Assembly: GCA_050951325.1 (NCBI GenBank)
Contig: JBMNIW010000012.1
Location: 416,001-480,000 of the forward strand
Direction: 5' to 3'
DNA from: Clostridia bacterium
Lineage (GTDB): Bacteria; Bacillota; Clostridia; UBA1212; DUPL01
Length of the DNA: 64,000 nt
Shown: in pieces, positions 29,855 to 41,070 of the stretch
How the letters are laid out: the number at the start of each line of letters is the position of its first letter
Position numbering within the stretch: the first letter of the stretch is position 1
Position numbers and translations under genes: made by a program
The notes under the pieces: generated by a model
Database searches by the model: none
Seen by the model: only the letters and a program-made list of their open reading frames with translations
Told to the model about the DNA's origin: nothing

Positions 29855-30748
29855 TTACTCTTGAATCCTATATTTTTCTATCATCCTCTTTGAAATAGAA
29901 GTTAACTGCTCTTTTACTAATATCTTTTCTTTCCATCTGTCAGGGATAGCACCATAGCCATAATACACTCCAGCCATTCCGCCGGTAATTGCGGCTATAG
30001 TATCCGCATCTCCTCCAAGGTTGGCCGCTTCACACACAGCATCCTCGAAGGAAGAAGTATTAATAAAACACCATAATGCACATATCAATGTATCAAGCAC
30101 ATATCCCGTTGGCTTCAGTTGGTCTTTTGACAACTGAAATACCTGCTTATATTCTGGGTACTTTTCAATATATTCCCTAATAGGTGGTATTTTAGACTTA
30201 CCATTGAGATACTGGTAAACTAACAGATTATAAAACTGGCAGGCATCTGTCGCTTTTTGGTCATAATGGGTAAGAACGCTTTGCGAAGCAGTTATCACCA
30301 GCATTTTTTCAACATCATTATAATATAATGCAACCGGTAAACACCTCATAAGTGAACCATTGCCGGCGCTCATACCGCCTGTTGTTTGATGAGCGTAATA
30401 GGCTGTTTTCATCCAGTCATTGCTTCTTTTATACTCGCCAAGTGCAATTCGGATAATGTTGCCGATATCTTTAGGTTTACTATCATACCATTTAATAAAG
30501 TGTTTTCCGATATCTTCGATAGGATTCTCTGGGTTGTCCAGGATGCCTTCTGCGACAGCAATAGTCATCATTGTATCGTCCGTCACTTCCCCAGGTTCCA
30601 GGTCCCAACAGCCACCACCGATAATGTCTTTTAAGTATCCATACTTTCTTTTAATCTCATCCTTTAACATAAACTCAAGCGTTGCACCCAGTGCATCACC
30701 GCAAGCGACCCCAAAAAGCCCTCCAAGTATCCGTTCATATCGATCCAT
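29855..30748 (-). CDS. ADP-ribosylglycohydrolase (DraG/ARH family)
   Basis: GDALGA.LEF, TDDT, GNGSLMR, THYD, NLGGDADT motifs. Confidence 0.93.
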   Translation of the reverse strand: MDRYERILGGLFGVACGDALGATLEFMLKDEIKRKYGYLKDIIGGGCWDLEPGEVTDDTMMTIAVAEGILDNPENPIEDIGKHFIKWYDSKPKDIGNIIRIALGEYKRSNDWMKTAYYAHQTTGGMSAGNGSLMRCLPVALYYNDVEKMLVITASQSVLTHYDQKATDACQFYNLLVYQYLNGKSKIPPIREYIEKYPEYKQVFQLSKDQLKPTGYVLDTLICALWCFINTSSFEDAVCEAANLGGDADTIAAITGGMAGVYYGYGAIPDRWKEKILVKEQLTSISKRMIEKYRIQE

Positions 30749-30771
30749 TCAGATTCCTCCTATAACATCTG

Positions 30772-33759
30772 CTAAGGCCTGCTGTTTAACTTCTCATAAG
30801 TCTCAATCAGCATATACTCCATAAGAGCATTCTTAAATTGCTCATCGTCTAAAATACGGGTAAAGAATGCCTGGTTCTGGTCCATCCTATCAATCACTTT
30901 ATTAATAAACACTTTCTCAAAAGCAAGCCTAAAGTCGTCAATGGTATTTGTTTTAGCCTTTTGAACCAAATCTTCATCAGCAGCAAAATCCTCTTTTATT
31001 TGCTCTACCGATAATTGGTCCGCTTTTGTGAAATTAGTTCCAAACCGCTTATTAAGACGCTCAATAATGCTGGACAGATATTCTTCCTGTTCTTCCTTTA
31101 CCCCAGTTCCTGCAAATTTTACAGGTGTAACTGGTACATTTTCATCATCTGGGGTTAATGAGATGCTCCCTTCAAAGGTCTTTTTGGTAGTATAATACTC
31201 TAAAGCAATTTCATCAGCAAGATGAACAGTCGAGCCTTTTTCCTTTGGAAGTTTTTTAAGCAGATATGTTAAATATACATACAACTTATGGAGTTCAACA
31301 TCTTCAAAAGGCGTTATTTGAAGAATAAAGGAATAAAGCCTTATGTATTTCGTCGCTTGGCTACTGAAATCTTGCTTTCGCTGTTCCTCTAGTTTCTTAA
31401 ACCTCTCTACGGCTATATCTATCAAATGATTTAACACTGCCCTATCTTTGGAAGTCTTTTTATCCTTGGGCTTAAAATAAATATAAGCAAACTTATCTAA
31501 TTCCTCTTTGAGATATACACCGTAAGCATGTAGTTGAGTTTCAATATCATAGAGCAAGTTAGGTTCTGTAACTTCTTCCACAATAGTTGCCTGATAATAG
31601 GGCTTGAAGGCTTCCTGAATATCCTCTGCCTTATTTACAAAGTCAAGGATAAAGGTATCATCTTTTCCTGCACATTTTCTATTGAGCCTTGATAAAGTCT
31701 GTACTGCCTTGACTCCCGACAACTTTTTATCGACATACATGGTATGTAAAAGAGGCTGGTCAAAACCTGTCTGGTACTTTTCAGCAACTAAAAGTACCTG
31801 ATATTCATCCGTGGCAAAGCGTTCTGGAAGTTCCGATTCCTTAAAGCCATTCATATCACTTTCTTTATAATCTACACCACCGTCTTTTACCGTTCCTGAA
31901 AAGGCTACTAATGTCTTCATATCCTTATAGCCCTTCTTTTTGATATATTCATCAAATGCATGTTTATAGCGTACAGCATGGAGCCTGGAACTAGTTACAA
32001 CCATCGCTTTGGCTCTTCCGCCTATTTTATGCCTGGTTACGCTCCTGAAATGCTCCACCATAATTTCAGTCTTTTGAGCAATATTGTGTGGATGGAGGCT
32101 TACATATCGTGTTAATGCCTTGGTGGCTTTTGCTCTGTCAAAAGTGGGGTCTTCTTCAATTTTCTTCGCCAGTTTAAAGTAGGTTTCATATGTAACATAG
32201 TTTTGAAGCACATCTAAAATAAAGCCTTCTTCAATTGCCTGTCTCATAGAGTATAGATGAAACGGATGTGGTAGTCCGTCAGACCCTATCGTTCCGAACA
32301 TTTCAAGAGTTTTTGCTTTAGGTGTGGCTGTAAAAGCAAAGAAACTAATATTCGGCTGTTTTCCCCTTTTCTTTATTGTTTTTATAATTTCCTCCTCAGG
32401 GTCATATTCCTTGCCTTCCAACTCTTCATCCAGTTTTACTGCTTCTTCCAGGCTATTGGCAGATAGAACTTCCCTTAAAGAAGCCATATTTTCTCCTGCA
32501 CTGCTGGAATGAGCCTCGTCTATAATGACGGCATACTTACGATTTTCCAACTCTCCTACCTTTTCAATGATAAAAGGAAACTTTTGCAGGGTAGAGATAA
32601 TAATTCTGGTTCCACTTTTCAGTGCATCAGCCAATTGATTTGAGTCTTTATCTATTTTCTGTACAACTCCGTGTTTATGCTCTAATTGATAAATACTATC
32701 CTGCAACTGCCTGTCCAAAACCCTTCTATCCGTAATAACAACGACCGAATCAAACACGGGGTTATCGTTATCATCATGAAGATTGGCAAGCCTGTGGGCA
32801 AGCCATGATATGGAGTTGGTTTTCCCTGACCCTGCGCTATGCTGCACAAGATAGTTCGTCCCTACGCCTTTCTTTTTTGCATCGGCTTCCAGTTTCCTTA
32901 CTACATCTAATTGGTGGTATCTTGGGAATATGACGGTTTCCGAGGTATAAGTATTACCGTCTATGTCTTTCTTTTCTTGAGTCTCTATAAATACAAATCT
33001 TTTTAATATGTCCATCAGGCTATCTTTTTGAAGTATCTCTTCCCAAAGATAATCCGTTTTTAAGCCATCAGGGTTGTCTGGATTTCCTTTTCCTCCATTA
33101 CAACCTTTATTAAATGGAAGAAAAGAAGTTTTATCTCCTGAAAGCCTTGTAGCCATATAGGCTTCTTGAGTATCTACTGCAAAGAATACAATGGCTCTTT
33201 TCTTAAACTGAAACAACAGTTCATTAGGGCTTCTGTCTTTCTTGTACTGCATTATTGCATCTTCATATGTTTGACTAGTGAAAGGATTTTTAAGTTCTAA
33301 CACAACAACAGGAAGTCCGTTCACACAGATAAGCATATCTATACTGTTTTCGTTTTTGGTACTGTAGTGTACCTGCCTTGTGACGGATATCCGATTCTTT
33401 TCATAAAGTTTTATCATTTCATCATTTAATTTGCTGGCAGGCTGGAAATAGGCAAGGTCTAAATACACGCCATAGTCTTTAATTCCATGCCTTAATACAT
33501 CAATCATACCACGGTTATTTAATTCTCTATTTAACCGGCTTAATACTTTAAACTGATACTGTTCCTTATATATCTCTCTTAATCTCTCCATCTTCTTTGG
33601 TTGTGTATCTTCTAAAAAACCAAAAAGAAGTTTAGTATCAATGGCAAATTCTTTGTTATAGTCATCAGGATTACCCTTAATATATCCTGATTTTAATAAA
33701 TGTTCTTCAACATATTCCTCAAAACCCTTTTCGCTAAGTTCTACTGGTGTTTTAGCCAT
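30772..33759 (-). CDS. hsdR: Type I restriction endonuclease subunit R
   Basis: D...VNGLP....ELK, HSAGSGKT, DEAH, FTATP, QTGFDQP, QTLSRLNR. Confidence 0.95.
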   Translation of the reverse strand: MAKTPVELSEKGFEEYVEEHLLKSGYIKGNPDDYNKEFAIDTKLLFGFLEDTQPKKMERLREIYKEQYQFKVLSRLNRELNNRGMIDVLRHGIKDYGVYLDLAYFQPASKLNDEMIKLYEKNRISVTRQVHYSTKNENSIDMLICVNGLPVVVLELKNPFTSQTYEDAIMQYKKDRSPNELLFQFKKRAIVFFAVDTQEAYMATRLSGDKTSFLPFNKGCNGGKGNPDNPDGLKTDYLWEEILQKDSLMDILKRFVFIETQEKKDIDGNTYTSETVIFPRYHQLDVVRKLEADAKKKGVGTNYLVQHSAGSGKTNSISWLAHRLANLHDDNDNPVFDSVVVITDRRVLDRQLQDSIYQLEHKHGVVQKIDKDSNQLADALKSGTRIIISTLQKFPFIIEKVGELENRKYAVIIDEAHSSSAGENMASLREVLSANSLEEAVKLDEELEGKEYDPEEEIIKTIKKRGKQPNISFFAFTATPKAKTLEMFGTIGSDGLPHPFHLYSMRQAIEEGFILDVLQNYVTYETYFKLAKKIEEDPTFDRAKATKALTRYVSLHPHNIAQKTEIMVEHFRSVTRHKIGGRAKAMVVTSSRLHAVRYKHAFDEYIKKKGYKDMKTLVAFSGTVKDGGVDYKESDMNGFKESELPERFATDEYQVLLVAEKYQTGFDQPLLHTMYVDKKLSGVKAVQTLSRLNRKCAGKDDTFILDFVNKAEDIQEAFKPYYQATIVEEVTEPNLLYDIETQLHAYGVYLKEELDKFAYIYFKPKDKKTSKDRAVLNHLIDIAVERFKKLEEQRKQDFSSQATKYIRLYSFILQITPFEDVELHKLYVYLTYLLKKLPKEKGSTVHLADEIALEYYTTKKTFEGSISLTPDDENVPVTPVKFAGTGVKEEQEEYLSSIIERLNKRFGTNFTKADQLSVEQIKEDFAADEDLVQKAKTNTIDDFRLAFEKVFINKVIDRMDQNQAFFTRILDDEQFKNALMEYMLIETYEKLNSRP

Positions 33760-33774
33760 TTTCTCACTTCCTTA

Positions 33775-35610
33775 CTAACTATTTGCTAATAAATCAATTT
33801 TATTTACATCCCATATCTTTTTGCATATTTCTTTATAGAGGGACTGCCTCTCTATTAATGCCTTTTTATCAAACTGATCATATGGCTTAAAGGGTAATTG
33901 TGTTTCGTTCATAAAGCGTAAAAATAGTGGATTATTACTATAGCAATTCTTATTTAATGTCCTAGCCAATAGGTTTTCACTATCATACTTAATTACTTTC
34001 TTGCTATATTCCATATCCTGTAAACTTCTGTTTTTATCTTTAGGAAGTATTAGTAGACCTCCAAATCTATTTCTAAACTGTTTAAATTCTTCTTCCGTTG
34101 AGAAATCCTGTTGATGGTTTCCCTGAGTATAATCATCAGCCCAAATATGCTCAATATCATATGGATTTTTTTGTTCTCTATTTACATAGTTGGCAAAATT
34201 GCTGTTGATACCGCTTTGTTCCTCTATGTAATAGGTCATTCTCGCAAGAATATGAAGCATATATCTTTTTGTAAACTGATTTAAATAAAAACCATCAATA
34301 CCTTCAAGAGTTAAGTCCATACCATTTATATAATGCTTTAATATTTCCGCCAATTCACTAATATCCTTATTGCGTATCATTTTTGTTATATTAAATACTG
34401 TATATCTAATAGAAGAATAATCAACCGTCTTGAAATTAAAAACTCTGATGGATATAAATTGGTCAACAAAGCAAGAAACCATTTTAATCTTCTTATCAAT
34501 GATGTCTCGTGTATCATCACTTCTTATAGCAGATAGTATAATCTGATACTGTAGTGTAAATCCTCTGTCTGCATTATAAAATACGTACTCATAATCTTTA
34601 TTGAAGTTACGTGAATAATCCTTTAAACGTATATAGATATCTGAATACATTTGAAATTTTTTCAGTATAAAATTCTCAAAGTCTATACTACTATTTAAAC
34701 CTATAGCAGACCTATTTTCTTGGACCCATTTGTGAAATGTTGTACCAATGTTATCAAAATCCTTGTTTTCTGCATCTTTCTTACCTTCTCTAATGGTTTC
34801 TGCATACTGTGCTCTCAACCAGTTCTTTATAAAGTCTGCATCGCCATCTTTTTCGATATCTTTCAACTGTACCACTTTACTCTTCCATAAATCATTCGCC
34901 TTATTTCTAATAGTGTTGTCATCAATCATGGAAAGAAGATAGCCTTTTAACATCTCCGTAGGAGTGAGTCTCAACCCTCTATCATTCATAGTTACAAAAA
35001 CTTTATGTGCATCTTGCTCTGAATCAGTCCGTATCTGTACTAAAGATACATTATCAATTAACCATTCAATAAATACCGGAAGAGGGTCCCCTTTTAATTC
35101 ATCCGGAAAAATCCGCTCAATATCTTTATAACGATTATAAAGATTTCTAACACTCTCTGATTGCTCATTAGCAATATCGTAATCACCTGTTTCAAATAAG
35201 GATGCTAAACACTCCTCCCTTTCAGGAACATTAATACAAAATGTCTTTTGTCCATACATTTCAGAATAGATATAGTTATCAATATTGACTTTAGGTAAAT
35301 TCGCCTGCTGTTTCTGTAGATTATTTAGATAAATAAGAAGCAGTGTTAATGATGACAATCTCTGCTGTCCATCTATAATTGCATTGTCATTAGTAAGGAT
35401 AATGGGACCGAGAAAGTAATTCCCATAATTCCTTACATCAATCTGCCTGTCACCTTCTTTATAGAACTCAAAAAACTCATTGGTTAAATCCTCTATCAAC
35501 TCTTCAATCTGTTTTGTTCCCCAATTATATTCTCGCTGATAGTATTGAACCGTATATTTGTTATTCAGCAATGTGCGTAAATTTACTGCATGGGCTGTTA
35601 TCTTATTCAT
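33775..35610 (-). CDS. GmrSD-like DUF262 plus DUF1524 (HNH) protein
   Basis: YQREYNW, DGQQR, FVTMNDRG, DIEHIW...GGLLIL...N. Confidence 0.88.
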   Translation of the reverse strand: MNKITAHAVNLRTLLNNKYTVQYYQREYNWGTKQIEELIEDLTNEFFEFYKEGDRQIDVRNYGNYFLGPIILTNDNAIIDGQQRLSSLTLLLIYLNNLQKQQANLPKVNIDNYIYSEMYGQKTFCINVPEREECLASLFETGDYDIANEQSESVRNLYNRYKDIERIFPDELKGDPLPVFIEWLIDNVSLVQIRTDSEQDAHKVFVTMNDRGLRLTPTEMLKGYLLSMIDDNTIRNKANDLWKSKVVQLKDIEKDGDADFIKNWLRAQYAETIREGKKDAENKDFDNIGTTFHKWVQENRSAIGLNSSIDFENFILKKFQMYSDIYIRLKDYSRNFNKDYEYVFYNADRGFTLQYQIILSAIRSDDTRDIIDKKIKMVSCFVDQFISIRVFNFKTVDYSSIRYTVFNITKMIRNKDISELAEILKHYINGMDLTLEGIDGFYLNQFTKRYMLHILARMTYYIEEQSGINSNFANYVNREQKNPYDIEHIWADDYTQGNHQQDFSTEEEFKQFRNRFGGLLILPKDKNRSLQDMEYSKKVIKYDSENLLARTLNKNCYSNNPLFLRFMNETQLPFKPYDQFDKKALIERQSLYKEICKKIWDVNKIDLLANS

Positions 35611-36967
35611 TTCTAAAAATCACCTCATTCTTATTCTGAAATTCTCTTACATCAATTTTACCTGTTACTGCTTCTGATATAAGGGATTGGCGGTATTCTT
35701 TGAGTTTTTCGATTTGGTTTTTTGTTTCTGTTACTAAACTATCTATTTCAGCAGTTTTTTGGTCAAGGAAATTTACAATAGCATTCTGTTCGTGTCTTTC
35801 TGGTAAATTGATTAATAACGATTTAATCTAAATTCTGGCTAATCTTAGATTGTCCACCTGTAAGCCATAGCAATAATATGGTTCCTGTCTTGCCAAAAAC
35901 CAATAAAATATACAATTTAATATTTACATTTTTAGTCTGTGCTAGTGCACAGCATGCCTATTCGTTGTCGCAATTATTCTTCTAATAGATACTTTCCTAT
36001 TGTCGCTCCATACATGGCAATTCAGTAAGTATCTATGTGCATTAACTTTAAGGTTGAATAATCTTTTAATGCTATATCTGTAATCATTTTTGACGTTTCA
36101 TAGAGATATCCATCATTTAAATTCTGCACCTGTATAACCAAGGTACATCTTCATCATACTATTCTATCTGATGTACTGGGAGTTGTTCCACTACCAATTA
36201 TATTAATAATCCAATATACTTTTTGTTACTTCCCAATGCTCCGGTATCTCCCCTATCCACTCAATTCCTGAATCCTTCATCCTAACATTCGGATTAAGTC
36301 CTTTAGTAACGGCTTCAGTTATAATAGCCTGCCGTTTTTCCTGTAGTAGTTCAATCAATTTTTCCTTATCAGCAATCAAACCATCTATTTCAGCAGTTTT
36401 TTGGTATAGGAAATTGGCAATGGCGTTTTGTTCGTCATACTTTGGTAAAGGGATATTAATTGATAATAAATTAGGAACCCTAATAGTTTTTATGGTTGTC
36501 TGGTCTGAATAGTTGTCTAATTCTTCATTAAACCTTGAACTTTCCATTAACCAAACAAGCCACTTTGAATATACTTTATTTTTATTAGGTGATAACCTTA
36601 ATAAATTTGCTGTTATATTAGCATTTTCAATGTTATTAGTAACTAACCCAATTTTTCCCATTGTACCTCTAACAGACATAACAATGTCATCTTTTTTTAG
36701 TTTTGTCATAGGATAGTTATTTGATATTTCCTCCGAAATAAACCTGGGCTCACAACTTTCAACATCTATCAGTCCGTTACCTTTTAGCATTTCTCCTCTT
36801 ACTTCAATTACACCATTATCTGAATACTGGATTCCATAATAAGTAGGATACCTATATACTAACTTAAAAATCCACTTGAGTTTTAGCACATCCCAATGCT
36901 CAGGTATCTCTCCTATCCACTCAACCCCTGAATCCTTATACCTTTCATACCTCTTAAACCTACTCAT
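35603..36967 (-). pseudogene. hsdS: Type I specificity subunit; TRD1 half intact (36203-36967), TRD2 heavily frameshifted
   Basis: Repeated KDSG.EWIGEIPEHW; broken TRD2 motifs GSGTTPS, AMYGATIGK; intact tail EQNAIVNFLDQKTAEID...LISEAVTGKIDVR. Confidence 0.85.
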
Positions 36968-38991
36968 TCACCCATCACCTTCTTCAACTTCTCTAAGATG
37001 CTCTGTTCCAGTTCTTTAATCTCTTTCATAATCTCTTCAGAAGGTCTGAGGGGCTGGTATTTATAAAAATGCCTTGTGAAAGGTATTTCATATCCAATTT
37101 TAGTCTTAGTTTCATCTATCCAGGCATCAGGCACGTGGGGCTTTACTTCCCGTTCAAAGTACTCATATATATCTTCTTTCAAAGGTACGTTTTCAGTATC
37201 CCTCAGGTCTGGGTCTGGTTCAGGATTGCCATTGCTGTCCACACAAATATCCGCTGTTTCATCTTTTTCGGAAATGGCAGACAGGATAGCCTTTAAAAGT
37301 GCACTATCCAGTTTAATATCACTGTCTTTAAAAGCCTTCTTCAGCACTTTTGTAAATTCATCTCTATTTTTATACAAAATAGTAGAGTCCATTGTTTTTA
37401 AGGTTTCTATTATTTGCTGTTGTAGTTTCTTACCTTCTTCTATTTCTTTAAGCCCTGCTGTTCCCTTTTTCTTAGACTTTGCAAGATTACTAAAGGCTGT
37501 TTCATTATATAAATTATTAATTCTTTCTTCAGTTACCTGGAAATTAAGCCTTAAAGGCCTTTCCACAACTATTTTCTGGTATCCGAAATCTTCATTATCA
37601 AAAATCTTGCAGTATTCATTCTCCTTAAACTCACCATATATCCTTGTAATTTCTTTTATCTGCTCTTCAGTGATTTCATTTCTCTTATTCCCAAGGCTTT
37701 TTCTCATTTTTTGATAGAAATCTACTGCATTAACCAACTGTATTTTACCAGTCCTTACAGGCCCCTTCATTGGGTCATTATTTTTACGATTGGTAACTAT
37801 CCATATATAGGTAGAAATACCCGTGTTATAGAATAACTGGTCAGGCAGTGCAATAATACCTTCCAGCATGTCATTTTCAATTATCCAGCGCCTTATTTCC
37901 GATTCGCCTGAGCCAGCATCCCCAGTAAACAATGGCGAGCCATTAAAGATAATAGCAATACGGCTGCCTTTTTCGTCCTGTTTCATTTTAGATATTAAGT
38001 GCTGCAGGAATAAAAGGGAACCATCGGATATTCTGGGAAGCCCAGCACCGAATCTGCCGTTATACCCTTCTTTTTCATATTCTTCACGAATAAACTTCTC
38101 CGCTTTCTTCCATTCAACACCAAAAGGCGGATTGGTTAGCATGTACCTAAAAGTTTTGCCTCTATGTCCATCTTCAGTAAAACTGTCGCCCAAAATGATG
38201 TTATCTGCATTTTGCCCTTTTATGAGCATGTCAGATTTGCAGATACTAAAGGACTGAGGATTTATCTCCTGTCCAAATAATTCCACTTGTATTCCCGGGT
38301 TTAATTCTTTGAGGTATTGCTCTGCAACCGAAAGCATACCACCTGTACCTGCACAGCAGTCGTAAACAGTTACAACAAGCCCTGGCTGGGTTAGTTCTTC
38401 ATTATCCTCATTAAGAAGAATATTTACCATTAACCTTATAACCTCACGAGGAGTATAGTGGTCACCTGCCTCTGCATGTTCAGAAAATCTCCTGATAAGT
38501 TCCTCAAATATGTAACCCATTTCGGTATTGCTTACCTTATCAGGATGTAAGTCTATCTTATTAAACTCAGATACCACAAGATAAAGCAGGTTGTTGTCAC
38601 TAAGTTTTGTAATCTGCTTGTCAAAATCAAAGTGTTCTATAATTTCTCTGGCGTTTTTAGAAAAGCCGTTAATATAATTTCTTAAATTATTTGCGATATT
38701 ATCAGGGTCGGCTAATAATTTTTCAAAATCATACTTGCTTGTATTATTGAATCCTTGCTTTGATATCCTATTTAAAACAGGGTCCATGTTTTGGAGCCCT
38801 GACTTCTTTAAGGCTTCATACTTTTCCAATACTTCCTGCTTAGTGGCTGCAAGAACACAGTCAAACCTCCTGAGTACGGCCATTGGCAGTATTACATCGC
38901 CGTATTGTTCTTTTTTATAAGGCCCTCTTAAAAGTTCTGCTATGCTCCATATAAAGTTAACTTTATCTTGAAAGTTAATCAACTTTATCAC
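36964..38991 (-). CDS. hsdM: Type I N6-adenine methyltransferase subunit M
   Basis: IWSIAELLRG, HYTPREV, YDCCAGTGGML, NPPF. Confidence 0.95.
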   Translation of the reverse strand: MIKLINFQDKVNFIWSIAELLRGPYKKEQYGDVILPMAVLRRFDCVLAATKQEVLEKYEALKKSGLQNMDPVLNRISKQGFNNTSKYDFEKLLADPDNIANNLRNYINGFSKNAREIIEHFDFDKQITKLSDNNLLYLVVSEFNKIDLHPDKVSNTEMGYIFEELIRRFSEHAEAGDHYTPREVIRLMVNILLNEDNEELTQPGLVVTVYDCCAGTGGMLSVAEQYLKELNPGIQVELFGQEINPQSFSICKSDMLIKGQNADNIILGDSFTEDGHRGKTFRYMLTNPPFGVEWKKAEKFIREEYEKEGYNGRFGAGLPRISDGSLLFLQHLISKMKQDEKGSRIAIIFNGSPLFTGDAGSGESEIRRWIIENDMLEGIIALPDQLFYNTGISTYIWIVTNRKNNDPMKGPVRTGKIQLVNAVDFYQKMRKSLGNKRNEITEEQIKEITRIYGEFKENEYCKIFDNEDFGYQKIVVERPLRLNFQVTEERINNLYNETAFSNLAKSKKKGTAGLKEIEEGKKLQQQIIETLKTMDSTILYKNRDEFTKVLKKAFKDSDIKLDSALLKAILSAISEKDETADICVDSNGNPEPDPDLRDTENVPLKEDIYEYFEREVKPHVPDAWIDETKTKIGYEIPFTRHFYKYQPLRPSEEIMKEIKELEQSILEKLKKVMGE

Positions 38992-39192
38992 TCCTATGTA
39001 TTTCTCGATTTTGATACTTTAAGTCATTTATCAGTATATACACGCAAAATTATACCAATCTATACTTAAATATTCTATATTTTTTTAGATTTTCCTTTAC
39101 AATTTACAATCTTACAGAATATCGTAATATTTTATAAACTTTTTTATATTAAAAGCATCATACCTCCAGAGGATATATAAATAGTCTTCATT

Positions 39193-40866
39193 TCATGCAA
39201 TATTAAGACTCTTCAAAGACGATATCATATAGAATAGTTCATCTAAATACAATATCAATTTTAATGAGTTTATTTCATTATCATAGTTTAAAGCCTGCCC
39301 ATGAAATATCTTATGCCTACTAAAATCCTGTACTTCATCTGGCTCTTCAGGATTAAACCTTACATAAAATGAATCTATGCAATTAAAAGCATAGTTAACA
39401 ATAAAATTATCCAATTCTTTTGCTTTTTCTTTGAAATTATTATATAAATAACTAAATTTTTTCGCTGATATGTCATAAGTATCCCTTAAAAAATCTCGGA
39501 TAACTCCCTCAATCATAAATGTCCATATCGGAATGCACAAAGAGTATTTTCCTAATTTATGAGCATAAAAAGCATCGTCTATTTTGCTTCCCCACTTACA
39601 AAAATATTCCAGTCCATACCATTCTCTTATTATTTCTTCTAATTCTTTGTAATCATTGTCTTTATAAAAATCACATACTATTTTATCCACATCTTCTTGA
39701 AGTAAAGTTTCCCTGTTTCTATATATATAATTTATTTTTTCTATCGGTAAGGAACCGATAAACCACCAGCCAAACTGAAGCATAGTTTTGGCTTTCTTTT
39801 TTAAACTTTCATTTATATTCACATTTGAAACAAGTACAGTCTGTATGTTAAGTAAAAAAGGTTTTATATTATTAATAATACTTTGCTGTATATTTACAAA
39901 ATTCAATAATTTATCATTATATGTGAAGTTAAGTATATTATTTAGTTCTGTTCCGAGAGTCTGTATATGGCTCTGTAAGTTGTTATTTAAAGCCCTTCTC
40001 AGTAATTCTTGGCTCTCTAACGCTCTTCTAATGTATTCCATGTTATTGGGCTGTAGTATATCCCTTATGGCGTTTATTTCAGAATAGAAATTTTGAACCG
40101 TTGCAATCATGGCAGAAGACGATGCTATAGAAGACTGCATCTTTATCGCATTGCTTATATTATTGTATATTGGAGAATTAATTACTTTCGTATATGCTTC
40201 CATTGTACTTCCCAACTTACTTATGGTGGCAGCCAATTCTATTAATGCTGGATTATTTATAATATTTTGATACATTGCTGCATCAATAGAAGGATATCTT
40301 ACTGTTTCTGTTATCCTGCTTATTCTTGATGCTAATTCTATGCTTGGTAATAAATTTTTATAGTTGTCTAAAAAATCTAATTTAGACTTCATTTGTACTG
40401 CTATTTTTTTCATTTGTTCTCTATACTCTTCTGCTTCTTTTTTATGAATCAAATAGAACTTTATAAAAAAATCATCTGCTTCTTCAGTTACTTCTTCATC
40501 AAACCTTTTTAAATAATCTGAACTATCTATAATTTCTTCTCCAATCTTTTTTAAATCATTATCAGATAAACTTTCTATATCATCTAACTGAAGAGTAGGA
40601 AACTCATCTTCTTGGTATACTACATTACGACTATTCCTAATTATTCTTAAAACCATTTTGCAGAATGCTTTTCTATAATTTTTTGTTTCTTCAAAGGCCT
40701 TTTCATAAGTACTTGCGGCATCCATACTATAATAAATAGGTATTTCTAACTCTCTGTCCTGCCAATTTACAGGTACCAATTTTATCGCTCTTTTATAGGC
40801 TTCTGTTATATCTCCCAAACTTGTTATTTCCTTTATATCTTTAGGTTCTTTTTTCACAGATATCAT
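39193..40866 (-). CDS. Hypothetical protein with C-terminal HEPN-like RX4H motif
   Basis: 557 aa; GWW..., DAFYAH, IEG, SRHKIFHG. Confidence 0.6.
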   Translation of the reverse strand: MISVKKEPKDIKEITSLGDITEAYKRAIKLVPVNWQDRELEIPIYYSMDAASTYEKAFEETKNYRKAFCKMVLRIIRNSRNVVYQEDEFPTLQLDDIESLSDNDLKKIGEEIIDSSDYLKRFDEEVTEEADDFFIKFYLIHKKEAEEYREQMKKIAVQMKSKLDFLDNYKNLLPSIELASRISRITETVRYPSIDAAMYQNIINNPALIELAATISKLGSTMEAYTKVINSPIYNNISNAIKMQSSIASSSAMIATVQNFYSEINAIRDILQPNNMEYIRRALESQELLRRALNNNLQSHIQTLGTELNNILNFTYNDKLLNFVNIQQSIINNIKPFLLNIQTVLVSNVNINESLKKKAKTMLQFGWWFIGSLPIEKINYIYRNRETLLQEDVDKIVCDFYKDNDYKELEEIIREWYGLEYFCKWGSKIDDAFYAHKLGKYSLCIPIWTFMIEGVIRDFLRDTYDISAKKFSYLYNNFKEKAKELDNFIVNYAFNCIDSFYVRFNPEEPDEVQDFSRHKIFHGQALNYDNEINSLKLILYLDELFYMISSLKSLNIA

Positions 40867-41070
40867 CCTCTATCCAAATACTGTTATTTCTATTTTAAGA
40901 CATTTATTTATTATCCTCAACAGAATTACAACATTTTTATCGACTATTATTAAAATAAAAGCACATCTCGTAATGAGTGTGCTTTGCTTACTGGTACATT
41001 TATTAGTTTTACATAAGAGAAGTGCTAACAACAATTCACTTATGAGAGTAAACTTATTACTTTTGGTTCC

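Noticed and set aside
37076-37714. 212-aa plus-strand ORF
   Set aside because: Antisense to hsdM, Ser/Phe-rich, no SD or motif.
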